The notes under the pieces are model-generated. The model did no database searches, was not told the origin of the DNA, and was given only the letters and a program-made list of their open reading frames with translations. From Pseudothioglobus sp. nBUS_23 (lineage in GTDB: Bacteria; Pseudomonadota; Gammaproteobacteria; PS1; Pseudothioglobaceae): a DNA stretch of 32,000 nt. Shown here piece by piece: positions 1 through 12,840 of this stretch (the first letter of the stretch is position 1; each line of letters starts with the position of its first letter). The position numbers and the translations under genes were made by a program. Where the stretch lies: NCBI RefSeq assembly GCF_051201565.1, contig NZ_CP179200.1, positions 540,001 to 572,000 of the forward strand, read 5' to 3'.

Positions 1-241
1 AGGGCATCTATCAAATGAAGATGCGATAAGAGTTGAAAATATTCTCTCAAAAGCTAATTTACCAATAGCTATCAAAAAGAGTATTGATAGCGAAACTTTG
101 ATAGAGGCAATGTCACTGGATAAAAAATCAATTGATGGCAAGATACGCTTAGTTCTTTTAAAGGCCCTTGGTGAGTCATACCTAACAGACTCATACTCAA
201 AGGAAAATTTTAATGGGGTGGTCAATAATTTTTGCCACTAA
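1..241 (+). CDS. aroB: 3-dehydroquinate synthase, C-terminal fragment (start lies upstream of window)
   Basis: Frame 2 is open from the window edge to TAA at 239-241. Translation GHLSNEDAIRVENILSKANLPIAI...MSLDKKSIDGKIRLVLLKALGESYL resembles the conserved AroB C-terminus (..AGLP.., DKKV..G..RLVLL..IG). Absent from the ORF track because it has no start in the window. Confidence 0.7.
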   Translation, partial: GHLSNEDAIRVENILSKANLPIAIKKSIDSETLIEAMSLDKKSIDGKIRLVLLKALGESYLTDSYSKENFNGVVNNFCH

Positions 242-253
242 TTTATTTTAAAT

Positions 254-541
254 ATGTCATTAGATCATAAAAAAGTTAAAGAAATTGCTTACCTAGCCAG
301 GCTCAATATTGAAGATACAGACATTGAGCAGGCTACTGCTGAGCTGAATAATATTCTAAGTTTGATGGACAAACTAGGCGAAATAGATACTGGTGATTCC
401 GAACCAATGGCCCACCCCTTAAAAATGTCCCAACGATTAAGGGAGGACAAGGTGTCGGAAGATGATCTTTTTGAAGAGTTTCAAGCGATTGCCCCAAAGA
501 CCGGTAAAGGTCATTTTCTCGTACCAACAGTAATTGAGTAA
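254..541 (+). CDS. gatC: Asp/Glu-tRNA(Asn/Gln) amidotransferase subunit C
   Basis: 95-aa ORF lying 2 nt upstream of gatA. Typical GatC size and N-terminus ([19 protein letters not shown]), and gatC-gatA-gatB order. Confidence 0.9.
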   Translation: MSLDHKKVKEIAYLARLNIEDTDIEQATAELNNILSLMDKLGEIDTGDSEPMAHPLKMSQRLREDKVSEDDLFEEFQAIAPKTGKGHFLVPTVIE

Positions 542-543
542 TC

Positions 544-1986
544 ATGCATAATTTAACCGTTGCAGAGCTAATAAAAGGTCTAAAAAATAAGGATTTTTCC
601 TCTCTGGAGCTAACCCAGCATTATTTAAATAGAATCAACAACTCAGAGCTGAACGCTTTTATTTCTATTACTGAAGATGAGGCGCTTTCTCAAGCAAAGG
701 ACGCTGATAAAAAAATAACACAGGGGGACAGCTCAATTCTTACAGGTATACCTTATGCCCATAAAGATATCTTTTGTACTAAGGGAGTCAAGACTTCTGC
801 TGGTTCGAAAATGTTGGATTCTTTTATTTCTCCTTATGACGCAACTGTCACAAAGAGACTGAATAATGAAAATATGGTTATGCTTGGAAAGACCAATATG
901 GATGAATTCGCCATGGGATCATCGAATGAGAACTCATATTTCGGCCCTGTTAAAAACCCTTGGGATGTCAGTAAAGTTCCAGGAGGATCCTCAGGAGGCT
1001 CAGCAGCAGCTGTTGCAGCGCGTCTCTCACCGTTTGCAACAGGAACTGATACAGGGGGGAGTATCCGCCAACCAGCAAGTCTTTGTGGCATTACTGGGCT
1101 TAAGCCAACCTATGGGAGAATTTCTCGATATGGGATGATTGCATATGCATCAAGCCTTGATCAAGCAGGGCCAATGACTCAAACTGCAGAAGATGCTGCG
1201 ATTATTCTAAATGCAATGGCTGGCTTTGATAAGCATGACTCTACTAGTGCTAATAAAGCGGTTCCTGACTATACGCAGTGCCTCAAAGATAGTGTTAACG
1301 GTCTAAAGATTGGTTTGCCAAAAGAGTACTTTTCTGAGGGGCTTGAATCAGGCGTTGAAAAAATATTGATGCAGTCTATTAAAGAATATGAGTCAATGGG
1401 GGCTGAGATTAAAGAGGTCTCACTTCCAAGCTCGATTCATGCACTACCGGCTTACTATATTGTTGCTCCATGTGAATGCTCATCTAACCTCTCTAGATTT
1501 GATGGAGTCAGGTATGGCTATCGTTGTGAAGATCCAAAGGATTTAAATGATTTATATCTAAGATCACGTTCTGAGGGTTTTGGGGAGGAAGTCAAAAGAA
1601 GAATAATGATAGGTGCTTATGCATTATCAGCAGGTTACTATGATGCCTTCTACCTAAAAGCACAAAAAGTACGTCAGCTTATAAGTGAAGATTTTAAAAA
1701 GGTATTCAAAGAGGTTGATCTTATCATGGGGCCTGTCTCGCCTACTGTTGCTTTTAAATTAGGGTCAGTTAAAGATCCTGTTTCGATGTATTTGGCTGAT
1801 ATATATACTCTCTCAGTTAACTTGGCGGGGCTTCCAGGTATGAGCATTCCAGCTGGATTTTCAGGTAACTTGCCTGTAGGGCTTCAGTTAATTGGAAACC
1901 ACTGGTCAGAAGAACTGCTCTTAAATGCAGCACATCAATTTCAAATGAGGACTGACTGGCATAAACATTCGCCAGCAGGAAGCTAG
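544..1986 (+). CDS. gatA: Asp/Glu-tRNA(Asn/Gln) amidotransferase subunit A
   Basis: 480 aa with the amidase signature ([34 protein letters not shown]). Sits between gatC and gatB. Confidence 0.95.
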   Translation: MHNLTVAELIKGLKNKDFSSLELTQHYLNRINNSELNAFISITEDEALSQAKDADKKITQGDSSILTGIPYAHKDIFCTKGVKTSAGSKMLDSFISPYDATVTKRLNNENMVMLGKTNMDEFAMGSSNENSYFGPVKNPWDVSKVPGGSSGGSAAAVAARLSPFATGTDTGGSIRQPASLCGITGLKPTYGRISRYGMIAYASSLDQAGPMTQTAEDAAIILNAMAGFDKHDSTSANKAVPDYTQCLKDSVNGLKIGLPKEYFSEGLESGVEKILMQSIKEYESMGAEIKEVSLPSSIHALPAYYIVAPCECSSNLSRFDGVRYGYRCEDPKDLNDLYLRSRSEGFGEEVKRRIMIGAYALSAGYYDAFYLKAQKVRQLISEDFKKVFKEVDLIMGPVSPTVAFKLGSVKDPVSMYLADIYTLSVNLAGLPGMSIPAGFSGNLPVGLQLIGNHWSEELLLNAAHQFQMRTDWHKHSPAGS

Positions 1987-1996
1987 GGGCTTGTCT

Positions 1997-3424
1997 ATGA
2001 CTTGGGAAACTGTAATTGGTCTAGAAATTCACTCACAATTAAGAACTCAATCAAAGATATTTTCTGGTGCCTCTACTGCGTTTGGCTCTAAAGCAAATAC
2101 TCAGGCTTGTGCTGTAGATCTTGGATTTCCTGGAGTATTGCCGGTTTTAAATGAGGAGGTCGTTAAAATGGCTCTCCGTTTTGGCCTATCAGTTAATGCA
2201 GCTATCAATAAAAACTCGATTTTTGCGAGAAAGAACTATTTCTATCCTGACTTACCCAAAGGCTATCAAATCTCACAATTTGAGATTCCAATCGTTGGTG
2301 AGGGTGCTATTGAAATCACTTTAGAGAGTGGAGACCATAAAACAGTAGGCATTACTCGTGCCCACCTAGAGGAGGATGCTGGAAAATCTATCCATGATCT
2401 TTATGACGACTTCACTGCAATTGATCTTAATCGTGCTGGAACCCCATTGCTTGAAATTGTCTCTGAACCTGACATGAGCAGTGCAAAAGAGGCAGTTGCC
2501 TATGCTAAGAAAATTCATGCCTTAGTTCAGTACATTGGTATTTGTGATGGCAATATGCAGGAAGGCTCTTTTCGATGTGATGCCAATGTTTCAGTCAGAA
2601 AGCAAGGTGAGGGTCTTGGAACAAGAGCAGAACTGAAGAATATTAATTCATTCAAATTTTTAGAGAAGGCTATTAATATAGAAGTTGAAAGACAGATTGA
2701 TATTTTGGAGGAGGGCGGCTCTGTAGTTCAGGAAACCAGACTCTATGATTCAATTAAAAACGAGACCAGGTCTATGAGATCTAAGGAAGAGGCTAATGAC
2801 TATAGATATTTCCCAGATCCTGATCTTTTACCCGTTGCCATCAGTGATGAACTTCTGGAAGAGATTAAGAAAGCGCTTCCAGAGCTTCCAACTGAAAAAA
2901 AGATAAGATTTATTGAATCACTTGGGTTAAGTCCCTACGATGCAGAAGTTTTAACATCACAAAAAGAAGTGGCTGAGTATTTTGAAAGTATTATAAAACA
3001 AGGTGCGGATGCAAAGCTTACTGTTAATTGGGTCATGGGAGATCTCTCTGCAGCTCTCAATAAAAGTCAAATTGAAATTGTCGATTCACCGATCTCTGCA
3101 GATGAGTTGTTTCTTTTGATTTCAAGAATTACTGACAACACTATTTCTGGAAAAATTGCTAAGGATGTTTTCAAATTAATGTGGGATGGTAAAGGATCAG
3201 TAGATGAAATTATAGACAAGCAAGGCTTAAAGCAGATGACAGATTCAAGCGCTATCGAGTTAATCATTGATGATGTTATCGCGAATAATCCTGGACAAGT
3301 TCAACAGTTTAAAGATGGTAATTCTAAATTACTTGGTTTTTTTGTTGGTCAGGTCATGAAGGCTTCCCAAGGAAAAGCTAACCCAAAACAAGTTAACGAG
3401 ATATTAAATGCAAAGCTCTCTTAA
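1997..3424 (+). CDS. gatB: Asp/Glu-tRNA(Asn/Gln) amidotransferase subunit B
   Basis: Motifs [31 protein letters not shown] and a C-terminal YqeY-like tail. The ORF track starts at TTG 1991, but ATG 1997 gives the canonical [11 protein letters not shown]-terminus. Confidence 0.95.
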   Translation: MTWETVIGLEIHSQLRTQSKIFSGASTAFGSKANTQACAVDLGFPGVLPVLNEEVVKMALRFGLSVNAAINKNSIFARKNYFYPDLPKGYQISQFEIPIVGEGAIEITLESGDHKTVGITRAHLEEDAGKSIHDLYDDFTAIDLNRAGTPLLEIVSEPDMSSAKEAVAYAKKIHALVQYIGICDGNMQEGSFRCDANVSVRKQGEGLGTRAELKNINSFKFLEKAINIEVERQIDILEEGGSVVQETRLYDSIKNETRSMRSKEEANDYRYFPDPDLLPVAISDELLEEIKKALPELPTEKKIRFIESLGLSPYDAEVLTSQKEVAEYFESIIKQGADAKLTVNWVMGDLSAALNKSQIEIVDSPISADELFLLISRITDNTISGKIAKDVFKLMWDGKGSVDEIIDKQGLKQMTDSSAIELIIDDVIANNPGQVQQFKDGNSKLLGFFVGQVMKASQGKANPKQVNEILNAKLS

Positions 3425-4790
3425 ATTTAAAGATTTAGGTAGTGATTTTTTTGCACAAGTACATACTCAAAAGCTAGAAAATTCTTCTTTGATTCATATT
3501 AATGAGAGTCTTAGGCAGGAATTAAGCATCAAAGCCAATGAAATTGAGCTTCTAAGTATCTGCTCTGGTGAAAAGCCTCTTGCTAATGAAAGTCCAATAT
3601 CTACTGTCTATGCAGGGCACCAATTTGGATATTTTGTCCCTCAGCTAGGTGACGGGCGTTCTTGCTTGATTGGTGAGATAGATGGGTTAGAGCTCTCACT
3701 CAAGGGTGCTGGGACCTCGCCCTTTTCACGTGGCGCTGATGGACGCGCTGTCCTTCGGTCAAGTATACGTGAGTACCTATGCTCAATAGCAATGCAAGGG
3801 CTTAATATTCCAACAACAAGGGCTCTTGCACTAGTGAATAGTACCTCACAAGTTTATAGAGAGCATGTTGAAAATGCAGCAATCGTTACCAGAGTTGCTG
3901 AGAGCCATATAAGGTTTGGTCACTTTGAATATTTTGCATCCCAAGGTCATAATGAAAACGTAAAAAAATTAGCAGATTTTGTAATTAAATATCATATGGT
4001 TGAGCTTGAGCAAGGTGATTATTTAGGACTCTTTAAACAGGTGATAGAATCTACCTCAATAATGATAGCAAGGTGGCAAGCTCAGGGTTTTTCTCATGGA
4101 GTTATGAATACAGACAATATGTCTATTCTAGGATTAACAATTGATTATGGCCCTTTCAGTTTTATGGAAACTTATGATCCAGCCTTTATCTGTAATCATT
4201 CAGATACTCAAGGAAGATACTCATTTGAGAGACAGCCATCAGTTGCATTATGGAACTTACAGCGACTAGCTGGTGCTTTAGAGTCGCTCATTCAAGAAGA
4301 CCAGCTAAAGGATGCTTTATCAACTTATGAAAAAATATTAGTCAAAGAGTACTCGTATTTGATGAGGAGTAAGTTCGGTTTAATCCTCCAAGATGAAGGT
4401 GATAATAACCTGATAAATAACTTTTTAGACCTTCTTTATACTCAGAAAAAAGACTATCACAGATCAATGAGAATGCTTTTAAATCAGAACGAGAATTTAT
4501 TGGGAGATAATTTTAAATCTTGGCTTAAAGATTATAAAAAAAGAATGAATAAAGAGGAAAATTTAACACAGAGCTTAAATTTGATGAAGCAGTTTAATCC
4601 AAAATATATTCTTCGAAACTACTTGGCTGAGGTTGCAATTAGAGAAGCCGAAGACCTTCAAAAATATGAAGAAATTGATATTCTGTTTAGGCTTCTTGAA
4701 AAGCCCTTTGATAACCATCTTGACTATGAGTCATATGATAGTGAGCCACCTGATTGGGCTAAAAATCTTGAGCTTAGTTGCTCATCCTAG
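3408..4790 (+). CDS. selO: protein adenylyltransferase SelO/YdiU family
   Basis: 460 aa, colinear with E. coli YdiU as I recall it: [53 protein letters not shown]-terminal [14 protein letters not shown]. The start overlaps the gatB 3' end by 17 nt. Confidence 0.9.
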   Translation: MQSSLKFKDLGSDFFAQVHTQKLENSSLIHINESLRQELSIKANEIELLSICSGEKPLANESPISTVYAGHQFGYFVPQLGDGRSCLIGEIDGLELSLKGAGTSPFSRGADGRAVLRSSIREYLCSIAMQGLNIPTTRALALVNSTSQVYREHVENAAIVTRVAESHIRFGHFEYFASQGHNENVKKLADFVIKYHMVELEQGDYLGLFKQVIESTSIMIARWQAQGFSHGVMNTDNMSILGLTIDYGPFSFMETYDPAFICNHSDTQGRYSFERQPSVALWNLQRLAGALESLIQEDQLKDALSTYEKILVKEYSYLMRSKFGLILQDEGDNNLINNFLDLLYTQKKDYHRSMRMLLNQNENLLGDNFKSWLKDYKKRMNKEENLTQSLNLMKQFNPKYILRNYLAEVAIREAEDLQKYEEIDILFRLLEKPFDNHLDYESYDSEPPDWAKNLELSCSS

Positions 4791-5417
4791 GACAATCAGT
4801 GCATAGTTAAACCAACCTAAAATTAGCTCAACCCATGGCCTGACTAGGTAGTTAAAACCCCCAAGAAACATTAAACCTAAAAGGATATATAGACCATATT
4901 GCTCTAACTGGTTGTATTGATAGGCCAATCGATTAGGAAGAAGCGCACTTATCACCCTTGAGCCATCTAGGGGAGGGATGGGTAATAGATTAAAAACCGC
5001 AAGAACGCAATTCACAAGAATACCGATCCTACCCATCTCAATGAGTACAGCTATATTCATATTAATCGCAATAATCATTACAAATAACCAGCAAACCGCC
5101 ATAACAATATTAGCCACAGGTCCCGCCAAAGCTACCCATATCATGCCATTTTTCCCATTGCGAAGTGCATTGAAGTTGATTGGAACGGGTTTAGCCCAAC
5201 CAAAGATAAATCCTGATGATGAGATCAATAAAACTAAAGGAATTGCTATGGTTCCAATAGGATCAATGTGCTTGGTGGGATCAAGTGTAACTCTGCCCAT
5301 CATTCTTGCAGTGTGATCACCAAGTTTGCTAGCTATCCAGCCATGAGCAGCCTCATGCAGAGTAATTGCGAAAAGCAATGGAATAATATAAATTAATAAA
5401 GTTTGAAAATCAGGCAT
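4782..5417 (-). CDS. site-2 protease family (peptidase M50) membrane metalloprotease
   Basis: 211 aa, polytopic and hydrophobic. HExxH motif (LHEAAHGW) in the first TM region and LLPIPPLDG later. The 3' end overlaps the selO 3' end by 9 nt (convergent). Confidence 0.8.
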   Translation of the reverse strand: MPDFQTLLIYIIPLLFAITLHEAAHGWIASKLGDHTARMMGRVTLDPTKHIDPIGTIAIPLVLLISSSGFIFGWAKPVPINFNALRNGKNGMIWVALAGPVANIVMAVCWLFVMIIAINMNIAVLIEMGRIGILVNCVLAVFNLLPIPPLDGSRVISALLPNRLAYQYNQLEQYGLYILLGLMFLGGFNYLVRPWVELILGWFNYALIVLG

Positions 5418-5458
5418 TAGGTAAAATCAAAATATTTAGTGGCTTATAAGCATTTTAT

Positions 5459-7162
5459 ATGAAAAGCAGTGATTTTTTAATCTCTACAGTTAAAGAGGCG
5501 CCAAATGATGCCAAGATTATCTCGCATCAATTAATGATAAGAGCGGGACTTATAGCTAAATTGGCTTCAGGTCTTTATTCTTACTTACCAATAGGTTTAA
5601 AGATTATTCAGAAGGTTGAAAAAATTATCAGAGAAGAAATGAATAAGTCGATGGCATTAGAATTATTGATGCCAGTTGCTCAGCCAGCTGAACTTTGGCA
5701 AGAATCAAAAAGATGGGATGAATATGGGCCAGAGTTACTAAGATTTAAGGATAGGCATGATAGAGATTTTTGTATGGGCCCAACCCATGAGGAAGTAATT
5801 ACTAATATTGCTAAACAGTACATCAGAAGTTATAAACAGCTCCCGATTAATTTTTATCAAATTCAAACAAAGTTTAGAGATGAGATTCGACCTCGATTCG
5901 GAGTAATGCGTTCAAGAGAATTCATTATGAAAGATGCGTATTCTTTTCATATGGATGAGGAGTCTCTTGGCGAGACTTATCAAGTGATGCACCGGACCTA
6001 TTGTAATATTTTTGATAGGCTTGGATTTGATTATAGGCCTGTTTTAGCTGACTCAGGGGCAATTGGTGGAGATAGTTCTCATGAGTTTCATGTCCTCGCT
6101 GAGTCAGGTGAAGATGCAATCTGTTTTTCTGACAGTTCAGACTATGCTGCAAATATTGATAGGGCTGAAACTCTTCCTCAAGGAGCTCCAGAAGAGCCTA
6201 AAGAGGATTTAACCATTGTTGAAACTCCTAATGTTAAGACCATCAGTGATGTCTGTAATCTGCTGAACGTTAAGCCAGAGAATTCTATTAAAACTCTTGT
6301 AGTAATGGGTGATGATGATAATCTAGTCGCCCTTGTTTTAAGAGGCGATCATGAGCTGAATGAAGTCAAAGCATCAAAAATTGAGGGCATTAAGCAACCA
6401 CTGCAAATGGCAGAGGAAGAAGAAGTGATCAAAAAGTTGGGTTGCAACTTTGGCTCTATTGGCGTTGTAAATATAGATATTTCAATTTTGGTTGATTATG
6501 CAGCGGCCTGTCTGTCAGATTTTGTTTGTGGGGCTAACGAAAATGATAAGCACTTTACTGGGGTGAATTGGCAAAGGGATGTTCAAAAAATGACACCTTG
6601 CGACCTTCGTAATATCGTTTCAGGTGACCCTTCACCAGATGGCCAGGGCTTGATTGAAATCAAGAGAGGAATTGAGGTTGGTCATATCTTTCAGCTAGGC
6701 ACAAAATACTCAGATTCAATGAATGCCAATGTCATTGGTGAAGATGGCAGGGCGGTTAATATGAATATGGGCTGCTACGGCATTGGAGTGACCAGAATTA
6801 TTGCTGCATGTATTGAGCAGAATCATGATGAAAGAGGGATTATTTTTCCTAGGACAATTGCCCCTTTTGAACTGGTCATAGTTCCAATTAATTACAATAA
6901 ATCATCGCGCGTCAAAGAACTTGCTGACCAGCTTTATGTTGACTGTCAACAGCAAAATATTGATGTACTCCTTGATGATCGAAAAGAGCGACCTGGAATC
7001 ATGTTTGCTGACTCAGAACTTTTAGGCATTCCTCATCGCTTGGTTATCAGTGATACTCATGCTGATAATGGAAAAATTGAATACAAATCAAGAGCTCTTC
7101 CAGATAAAGCTGAAATTGATTTTAAGGACGCCGTTAGCTTTATTCTAGATAAGCTTGTCTAA
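5459..7162 (+). CDS. proS: proline--tRNA ligase (bacterial type with insertion/editing domain)
   Basis: 567 aa with class II aaRS motifs ([37 protein letters not shown]) and a C-terminal anticodon-binding domain. Confidence 0.95.
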   Translation: MKSSDFLISTVKEAPNDAKIISHQLMIRAGLIAKLASGLYSYLPIGLKIIQKVEKIIREEMNKSMALELLMPVAQPAELWQESKRWDEYGPELLRFKDRHDRDFCMGPTHEEVITNIAKQYIRSYKQLPINFYQIQTKFRDEIRPRFGVMRSREFIMKDAYSFHMDEESLGETYQVMHRTYCNIFDRLGFDYRPVLADSGAIGGDSSHEFHVLAESGEDAICFSDSSDYAANIDRAETLPQGAPEEPKEDLTIVETPNVKTISDVCNLLNVKPENSIKTLVVMGDDDNLVALVLRGDHELNEVKASKIEGIKQPLQMAEEEEVIKKLGCNFGSIGVVNIDISILVDYAAACLSDFVCGANENDKHFTGVNWQRDVQKMTPCDLRNIVSGDPSPDGQGLIEIKRGIEVGHIFQLGTKYSDSMNANVIGEDGRAVNMNMGCYGIGVTRIIAACIEQNHDERGIIFPRTIAPFELVIVPINYNKSSRVKELADQLYVDCQQQNIDVLLDDRKERPGIMFADSELLGIPHRLVISDTHADNGKIEYKSRALPDKAEIDFKDAVSFILDKLV

Positions 7163-7968
7163 TGACATTTTTACAGTTTTTACTACCTCAGCATCTTTTA
7201 TCGAGACTTATGTTTCGATTTGCAAGAATACAAACGCCATGGATAAAGAATAGCTTTACCTCATGGTTTGTTTCGAAGTACAAGGTTAATTTGAATGAGG
7301 CACTGCTTGAAGATATCGATGAATATAAGCACTTTAATGACTTTTTCACTCGAGCTCTCAAGGACGGTTCAAGACCCATATCTGAATCAAAAGTAGTCTC
7401 ACCTGTTGATGGTGTGGTCTCTCAGTATGGGAACATAAAAGAGTCATTGATTGTCCAGGCAAAAGGCAAGAAGTACTCAGTCGAAGCTTTACTTGCAGAA
7501 AATTCTAAAAACGATCTTTATACCAGTTTTGTAACAATCTATTTGTCACCCAAGGATTATCATCGAATTCATATGCCCCTTGATGGCAGCTTGAAATCAA
7601 TGAAATACATTCCTGGCAATCTTTTTTCAGTAAATCAAAGGACAGTTGATGACATTGATCAGGTCTTTGCACGCAATGAAAGACTTGTGTGTTATTTTGA
7701 TTCAGATTACGGTGAAATTGCTTTAGTCATGGTTGGGGCTATTTTTGTTGGATCTATGGAGACTATGTGGGAGGGTCAAATAACGCCTCCCTATAACAAG
7801 TCAGTTAAAACTTTTGAATACGATTCTCGTCAAATAAAACTATCCAAGGGAGAGGAGCTAGGCAGGTTCAATATGGGCTCAACAGTTATTCTCTTGCTTC
7901 CTCATAATGTACCAAGGATGAATTTTGAGTTTAATAAGACTCTTAAAATGGGACAATCATTAACTTGA
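7162..7968 (+). CDS. psd: phosphatidylserine decarboxylase proenzyme
   Basis: 268 aa with YLSPKDYHRIHMP and the self-cleavage motif LGRFNMGSTVILL (G-S-T). The start overlaps the proS stop (TAATG). Confidence 0.9.
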   Translation: MTFLQFLLPQHLLSRLMFRFARIQTPWIKNSFTSWFVSKYKVNLNEALLEDIDEYKHFNDFFTRALKDGSRPISESKVVSPVDGVVSQYGNIKESLIVQAKGKKYSVEALLAENSKNDLYTSFVTIYLSPKDYHRIHMPLDGSLKSMKYIPGNLFSVNQRTVDDIDQVFARNERLVCYFDSDYGEIALVMVGAIFVGSMETMWEGQITPPYNKSVKTFEYDSRQIKLSKGEELGRFNMGSTVILLLPHNVPRMNFEFNKTLKMGQSLT

Positions 7969-7970
7969 AA

Positions 7971-8960
7971 CTATTCAGTTAGTCTTTCATCCATTAATTC
8001 AATCTGAGTTTCAAATTCTCTTAAGCGTTTATAAACACTGGCTAGCTCAATAATTGTAGGCCATGCTTTTAATAAGTATTGCATACTACCTTCAACTCTT
8101 CCAAATGCCCTAATGATTTGTTGCATGACACCTAATGTAACAGCACCTGCGACAATTGCTGGCGCTAGAAAAACATACGCACTCAATACATTTAATTGAA
8201 GATAAGCTATATTTCCAATATTAAAATACAAATAACGCAAATAGCTTACAAAGTGAATTTTTCGAACGTCATCAAATAATTCATTGAGCGTTTTTGGTCT
8301 AACATCTGCATCATCTTCAGCAATAACGAGTATTTTTCGGTATGCCGCTTCTTGTTTTTGGAGATCATATTCAACACCAACAAGCCTTAAAATTAATCCA
8401 AGTCCAACTAGAAAAAGCGTGCCTCCAACAGACCAAATAAGGGCGCCAACAACCAGTCCATACTCCCAATCACCAAAAAAGAAAATTGGAATACCAATAG
8501 AAAGGCCAAATAAGATCGGCAAAAACTCGACAATAATCATGACAGCTGAAATAAAGCTAGTGCCAAGTGACTCCATGATTCTACTAAACTTGATTGTATC
8601 TTCCTGAACACGCTGGGAGGCTCCTTCAATTTTACGGGCCTTGTCATATACGCTGTGGTACCAATCTACCATTGCAGTTCGCCATCTAAATAAGAAATGA
8701 TTTGTAAAAAAAGAAACAAGAACAGCAATTGCTACATAAATCATAGCAAGGCTTATAAACGACCATAATCCACCAAAGTACTCTTCAATGGTAACAGTAT
8801 TTGGCTCCGCTAATGCTTTCTGAATCATATCGTAGAATTCACCAAACCATTCATTGATCTTAACATCAATTTGGACTTGAACCCATAGCGAAGATAGAAT
8901 TATTATTGAACCAAGATAGGCCCATAATGCCCATTGTTTTTCTGTAAAAAATTTAAACAT
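7971..8960 (-). CDS. SbmA/BacA-like family inner-membrane transporter
   Basis: 329 aa, multi-TM. Strings shared with E. coli SbmA as recalled: MFK.F N-terminus, FYDMIQ, FRWRTAM, EGASQRVQEDT, QEAAYRK, YLYFNI, VYKRLREFE. Shorter than the 406-aa E. coli protein at the N-terminal side. Confidence 0.75.
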   Translation of the reverse strand: MFKFFTEKQWALWAYLGSIIILSSLWVQVQIDVKINEWFGEFYDMIQKALAEPNTVTIEEYFGGLWSFISLAMIYVAIAVLVSFFTNHFLFRWRTAMVDWYHSVYDKARKIEGASQRVQEDTIKFSRIMESLGTSFISAVMIIVEFLPILFGLSIGIPIFFFGDWEYGLVVGALIWSVGGTLFLVGLGLILRLVGVEYDLQKQEAAYRKILVIAEDDADVRPKTLNELFDDVRKIHFVSYLRYLYFNIGNIAYLQLNVLSAYVFLAPAIVAGAVTLGVMQQIIRAFGRVEGSMQYLLKAWPTIIELASVYKRLREFETQIELMDERLTE

Positions 8961-9009
8961 TTTTTTCCTTATTTATTGGAGTCATTATTTTTTTTAATTT
9001 AAATCATAC

Positions 9010-10257
9010 CTAATTTAATTTTGTGATTTTGACTAGTTTAACTCCCTGCTTGCTGACTTGAATAATCTCAATGATCAATGGATCAATTTTCAAAGAAACA
9101 TTGTGTTGAGGAAAGCTTTGAAGTTGCTCTAAAATTAGTCCATTCAGAGTTTTGGCATTGTCAAATGGTAGCTTTATTTTGAGTTCAGTATTGAGCTCTC
9201 GAATACTTATTTTGGGATCAACTAGGTAGCTTCCGTCTTCTTGCAAAGTTATCTCATCAATGCTCTCACCTTGAGATGAGGTGAATTGTCCTACTATTTC
9301 TTCTAGGATATCATCTAGCACAACCATTCCTTGAACCTCACCATATTCATCTACAACAATTCCTAACCTTCTTTTCTGGTTCTTAAAGTGTTCAAGTTGC
9401 TGCGATAAAGGCGTTCCTTCTGGAACAAAATAAGGTTCTCTAATGAGCTCTTTAATTTGTGACATATTCACTTCATCTTTAGCATAGTTATTGACTAGGT
9501 CTCTCATATGAATTGTTCCAATTATATTACTCTCAGACCCTTCAAAAATGAGTAGTCGGTTATGCTGGATTCGTTTGAATTGATCAAATAACTCCTCCTC
9601 ATCATTGATATCAGCAATTACTAATTCATTATGAGGAATCATGATGTCTTCAACTTTAACTTTCTCAAGGTCTATGATGTTGAGAAGCATTCTCTGATAG
9701 CTATTAGACATCATGGACTTAGAGTCTTTGACTGCCATGCGAAGCTCCTCAGAATTTAAATCATTTTTACTTTCAGTCTTTAGGCCAAAGATATTAAGAA
9801 TAAATTTTGATATGAGAGATATTAAAAAAATTACTGGTTTAAAAAGATTTATGAATAAATCAAGAAGCCATGAAGCTGGAAGAGCAACTCTTTCAGGATT
9901 TTTTGCTGCAAAGGTTTTAGGGGTGTTTTCTGCAAAAATTAAAATCACCACTGTTAGAATCATTGAGGCAATAATGACCGAGCCTTCACCATAAAGCTTT
10001 ATAGATAACAGAGTAGCTATACTTGCAGCTAAAATGTTGACAAAGTTGTTACCTAAAAGAATAGCACCAATCAAATAATCAATGTTATTCAGAAGCTTTT
10101 CAACCCTTTTGGCTTGGACATTGTTTTTTGAGATTAATGTTTTAAGGCGATACCGATTTATAGCCATCATCGAAGTTTCCGAAGATGAGAAGAAAGCGGA
10201 AGCCAATATTAAAATGAAAAGTAAAACACTTAGCCAAAAAGTGGACAGTGATTCCAA
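9010..10257 (-). CDS. CNNM/CorB-type (DUF21-CBS-CorC_HlyC) membrane protein, putative Mg2+/Co2+ efflux or hemolysin-family protein
   Basis: 415 aa. N-terminal 4-TM DUF21-like region (FFSSSETSMMAINRYRL), a central CBS pair and a C-terminal CorC/HlyC-like domain. Confidence 0.8.
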   Translation of the reverse strand: MESLSTFWLSVLLFILILASAFFSSSETSMMAINRYRLKTLISKNNVQAKRVEKLLNNIDYLIGAILLGNNFVNILAASIATLLSIKLYGEGSVIIASMILTVVILIFAENTPKTFAAKNPERVALPASWLLDLFINLFKPVIFLISLISKFILNIFGLKTESKNDLNSEELRMAVKDSKSMMSNSYQRMLLNIIDLEKVKVEDIMIPHNELVIADINDEEELFDQFKRIQHNRLLIFEGSESNIIGTIHMRDLVNNYAKDEVNMSQIKELIREPYFVPEGTPLSQQLEHFKNQKRRLGIVVDEYGEVQGMVVLDDILEEIVGQFTSSQGESIDEITLQEDGSYLVDPKISIRELNTELKIKLPFDNAKTLNGLILEQLQSFPQHNVSLKIDPLIIEIIQVSKQGVKLVKITKLN

Positions 10258-10331
10258 TCAGTTACCCATAATAGTCATTGATGTACTATTTTAACCTTAA
10301 ATTAACTTTAAGTATTAAAACAAGATTGTTC

Positions 10332-11621
<1,290 letters not shown>

Positions 11622-11691
11622 TTATAGATTGAATAAAAAAATGAGATTTTAAATATAACCCACTAATTCTTTGTGTCAAATTGTTTCAAGC

Positions 11692-12795
11692 TTACTCAAA
11701 GAAAGACTTCATTTTACCAAAGAAAGAATCTGACTCAGGGTGATGCTTCGCTTCACATGAGCTAGAAAACTCTTTTAAAAGTTTTTTCTGTTTTGAATTC
11801 AAATTGACTGGAGTTTCAACTTTAACTTGACAGAGTAGATCTCCAGAGCCATTGTGTCTCATTGCTGGCATGCCTTTTCCGCGAAGTCTAAACAACTTTG
11901 AGGTCTGGGTTCCAGCTGGAACATTAATTTTGAGTTTTCCTTTTAAGGTTGGAACCTCGATAGAGCCTCCGAGTGCTGAGGTAGCAAAGTCAATAGGAAC
12001 TTCACAATAAAGATCGTTGCCCTCGCGCTGAAAAATTGGGTGATCTTTGATGTGAATTTGTACATACAAATCACCATGAGGCCCACCTCGAACTCCAGCT
12101 TCGCCTTCACCACTGAGTCTAATTCTATTGCCTGTATCGACCCCTGCAGGGATTTTTACAGAAAGTGTTTTTTGATTTCGAACAACACCTTGACCACGAC
12201 AGGTTCCACATGGAGACTCAATCTTTTCTCCGGTACCATTGCACTGGCTGCATGGCCTTTGGACAGCAAAGAATCCTTGCTGCATTGTAGTTTGACCAGT
12301 ACCACGGCAATTTCCACAAGTTTTTACAGAGGTGCCTGGTTTTGCTCCAGTTCCCGTGCAAGTTCCACAGGTATCATTTTTAGGGACTCTTATTTTTACT
12401 GTGTCACTCTCAGCAGCCTGCTTTAAGTCAATTTCTAAGTCATAACGAAGGTCAGATCCTCGATTATCTGGCTTAGAGTTACCGCCACCAAAAATATCAC
12501 CAAAAATATCACCAAATCCTCCAGCACCTCCAAATGGATTTCCACCACCAAAGCCCTGACCACCTTGTTCAACCCCAGCGTGCCCGAATTGGTCGTAGGC
12601 GGATCTTTTCTGAGGATCTGAAATGATATCGTATGCCTTGCGAACTTCCTTGAATTTTTTTTCTGCACCAGCTTTGTCTCCAGCATTTCTATCTGGGTGG
12701 TACTTCATAGCAAGACGTTTGTAGGCCTTTTTTATCTTAGCTTCATCAGCATTTTTATCGACACCTAGAACTTCGTAATAATCTCTTTCTGACAT
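11692..12795 (-). CDS. dnaJ: molecular chaperone DnaJ (Hsp40)
   Basis: 367 aa. J-domain with HPD (KYHPDRN), a G/F-rich linker, four CxxCxGxG zinc-finger repeats and a C-terminal substrate-binding domain. Directly downstream of dnaK. Confidence 0.97.
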   Translation of the reverse strand: MSERDYYEVLGVDKNADEAKIKKAYKRLAMKYHPDRNAGDKAGAEKKFKEVRKAYDIISDPQKRSAYDQFGHAGVEQGGQGFGGGNPFGGAGGFGDIFGDIFGGGNSKPDNRGSDLRYDLEIDLKQAAESDTVKIRVPKNDTCGTCTGTGAKPGTSVKTCGNCRGTGQTTMQQGFFAVQRPCSQCNGTGEKIESPCGTCRGQGVVRNQKTLSVKIPAGVDTGNRIRLSGEGEAGVRGGPHGDLYVQIHIKDHPIFQREGNDLYCEVPIDFATSALGGSIEVPTLKGKLKINVPAGTQTSKLFRLRGKGMPAMRHNGSGDLLCQVKVETPVNLNSKQKKLLKEFSSSCEAKHHPESDSFFGKMKSFFE

Positions 12796-12815
12796 ATTTC
12801 CCTTAAAATATTAAA

Positions 12816-12840
12816 CCTCTCTTGTTCAAGACAAGAGAGG
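12816..12840 (-). terminator. intercistronic stem-loop between dnaK and dnaJ (partial terminator/attenuator)
   Basis: Perfect 10-bp inverted repeat CCTCTCTTGT-TCAAG-ACAAGAGAGG. On the transcribed (minus) strand it is followed by TTTAATATTTT, and on the plus strand by TTTTTT. Confidence 0.5.

Noticed and set aside
4978-5316. 112-aa plus-strand ORF antisense to the M50 protease gene, and similar ones at 8284-8607 and 9713-9994
   Set aside because: These are shadow ORFs inside well-supported membrane-protein genes, with no independent signals.
7971-8960. SbmA/BacA-like protein about 75 aa shorter than E. coli SbmA, considered as a possible truncation
   Set aside because: The ORF starts with the family-like MFK.F N-terminus and covers the conserved core. 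The E. coli protein probably just has an N-terminal extension, and there is no evidence of a pseudogene.
12040-12426. 128-aa plus-strand ORF antisense to dnaJ, and an 83-aa minus-strand off-frame ORF at 12435-12686
   Set aside because: Both are fully contained in dnaJ, whose frame carries the J-domain, G/F region and zinc-finger motifs. They are shadow or off-frame ORFs.
12486-12520. Tandem 12-nt repeat (CACCAAAAATAT x2) in dnaJ encoding GDIFGDIF
   Set aside because: It corresponds to the conserved DIFGD(V/I)FGGG repeat of the DnaJ G/F region (also in E. coli DnaJ), not a novel repeat or slippage site.
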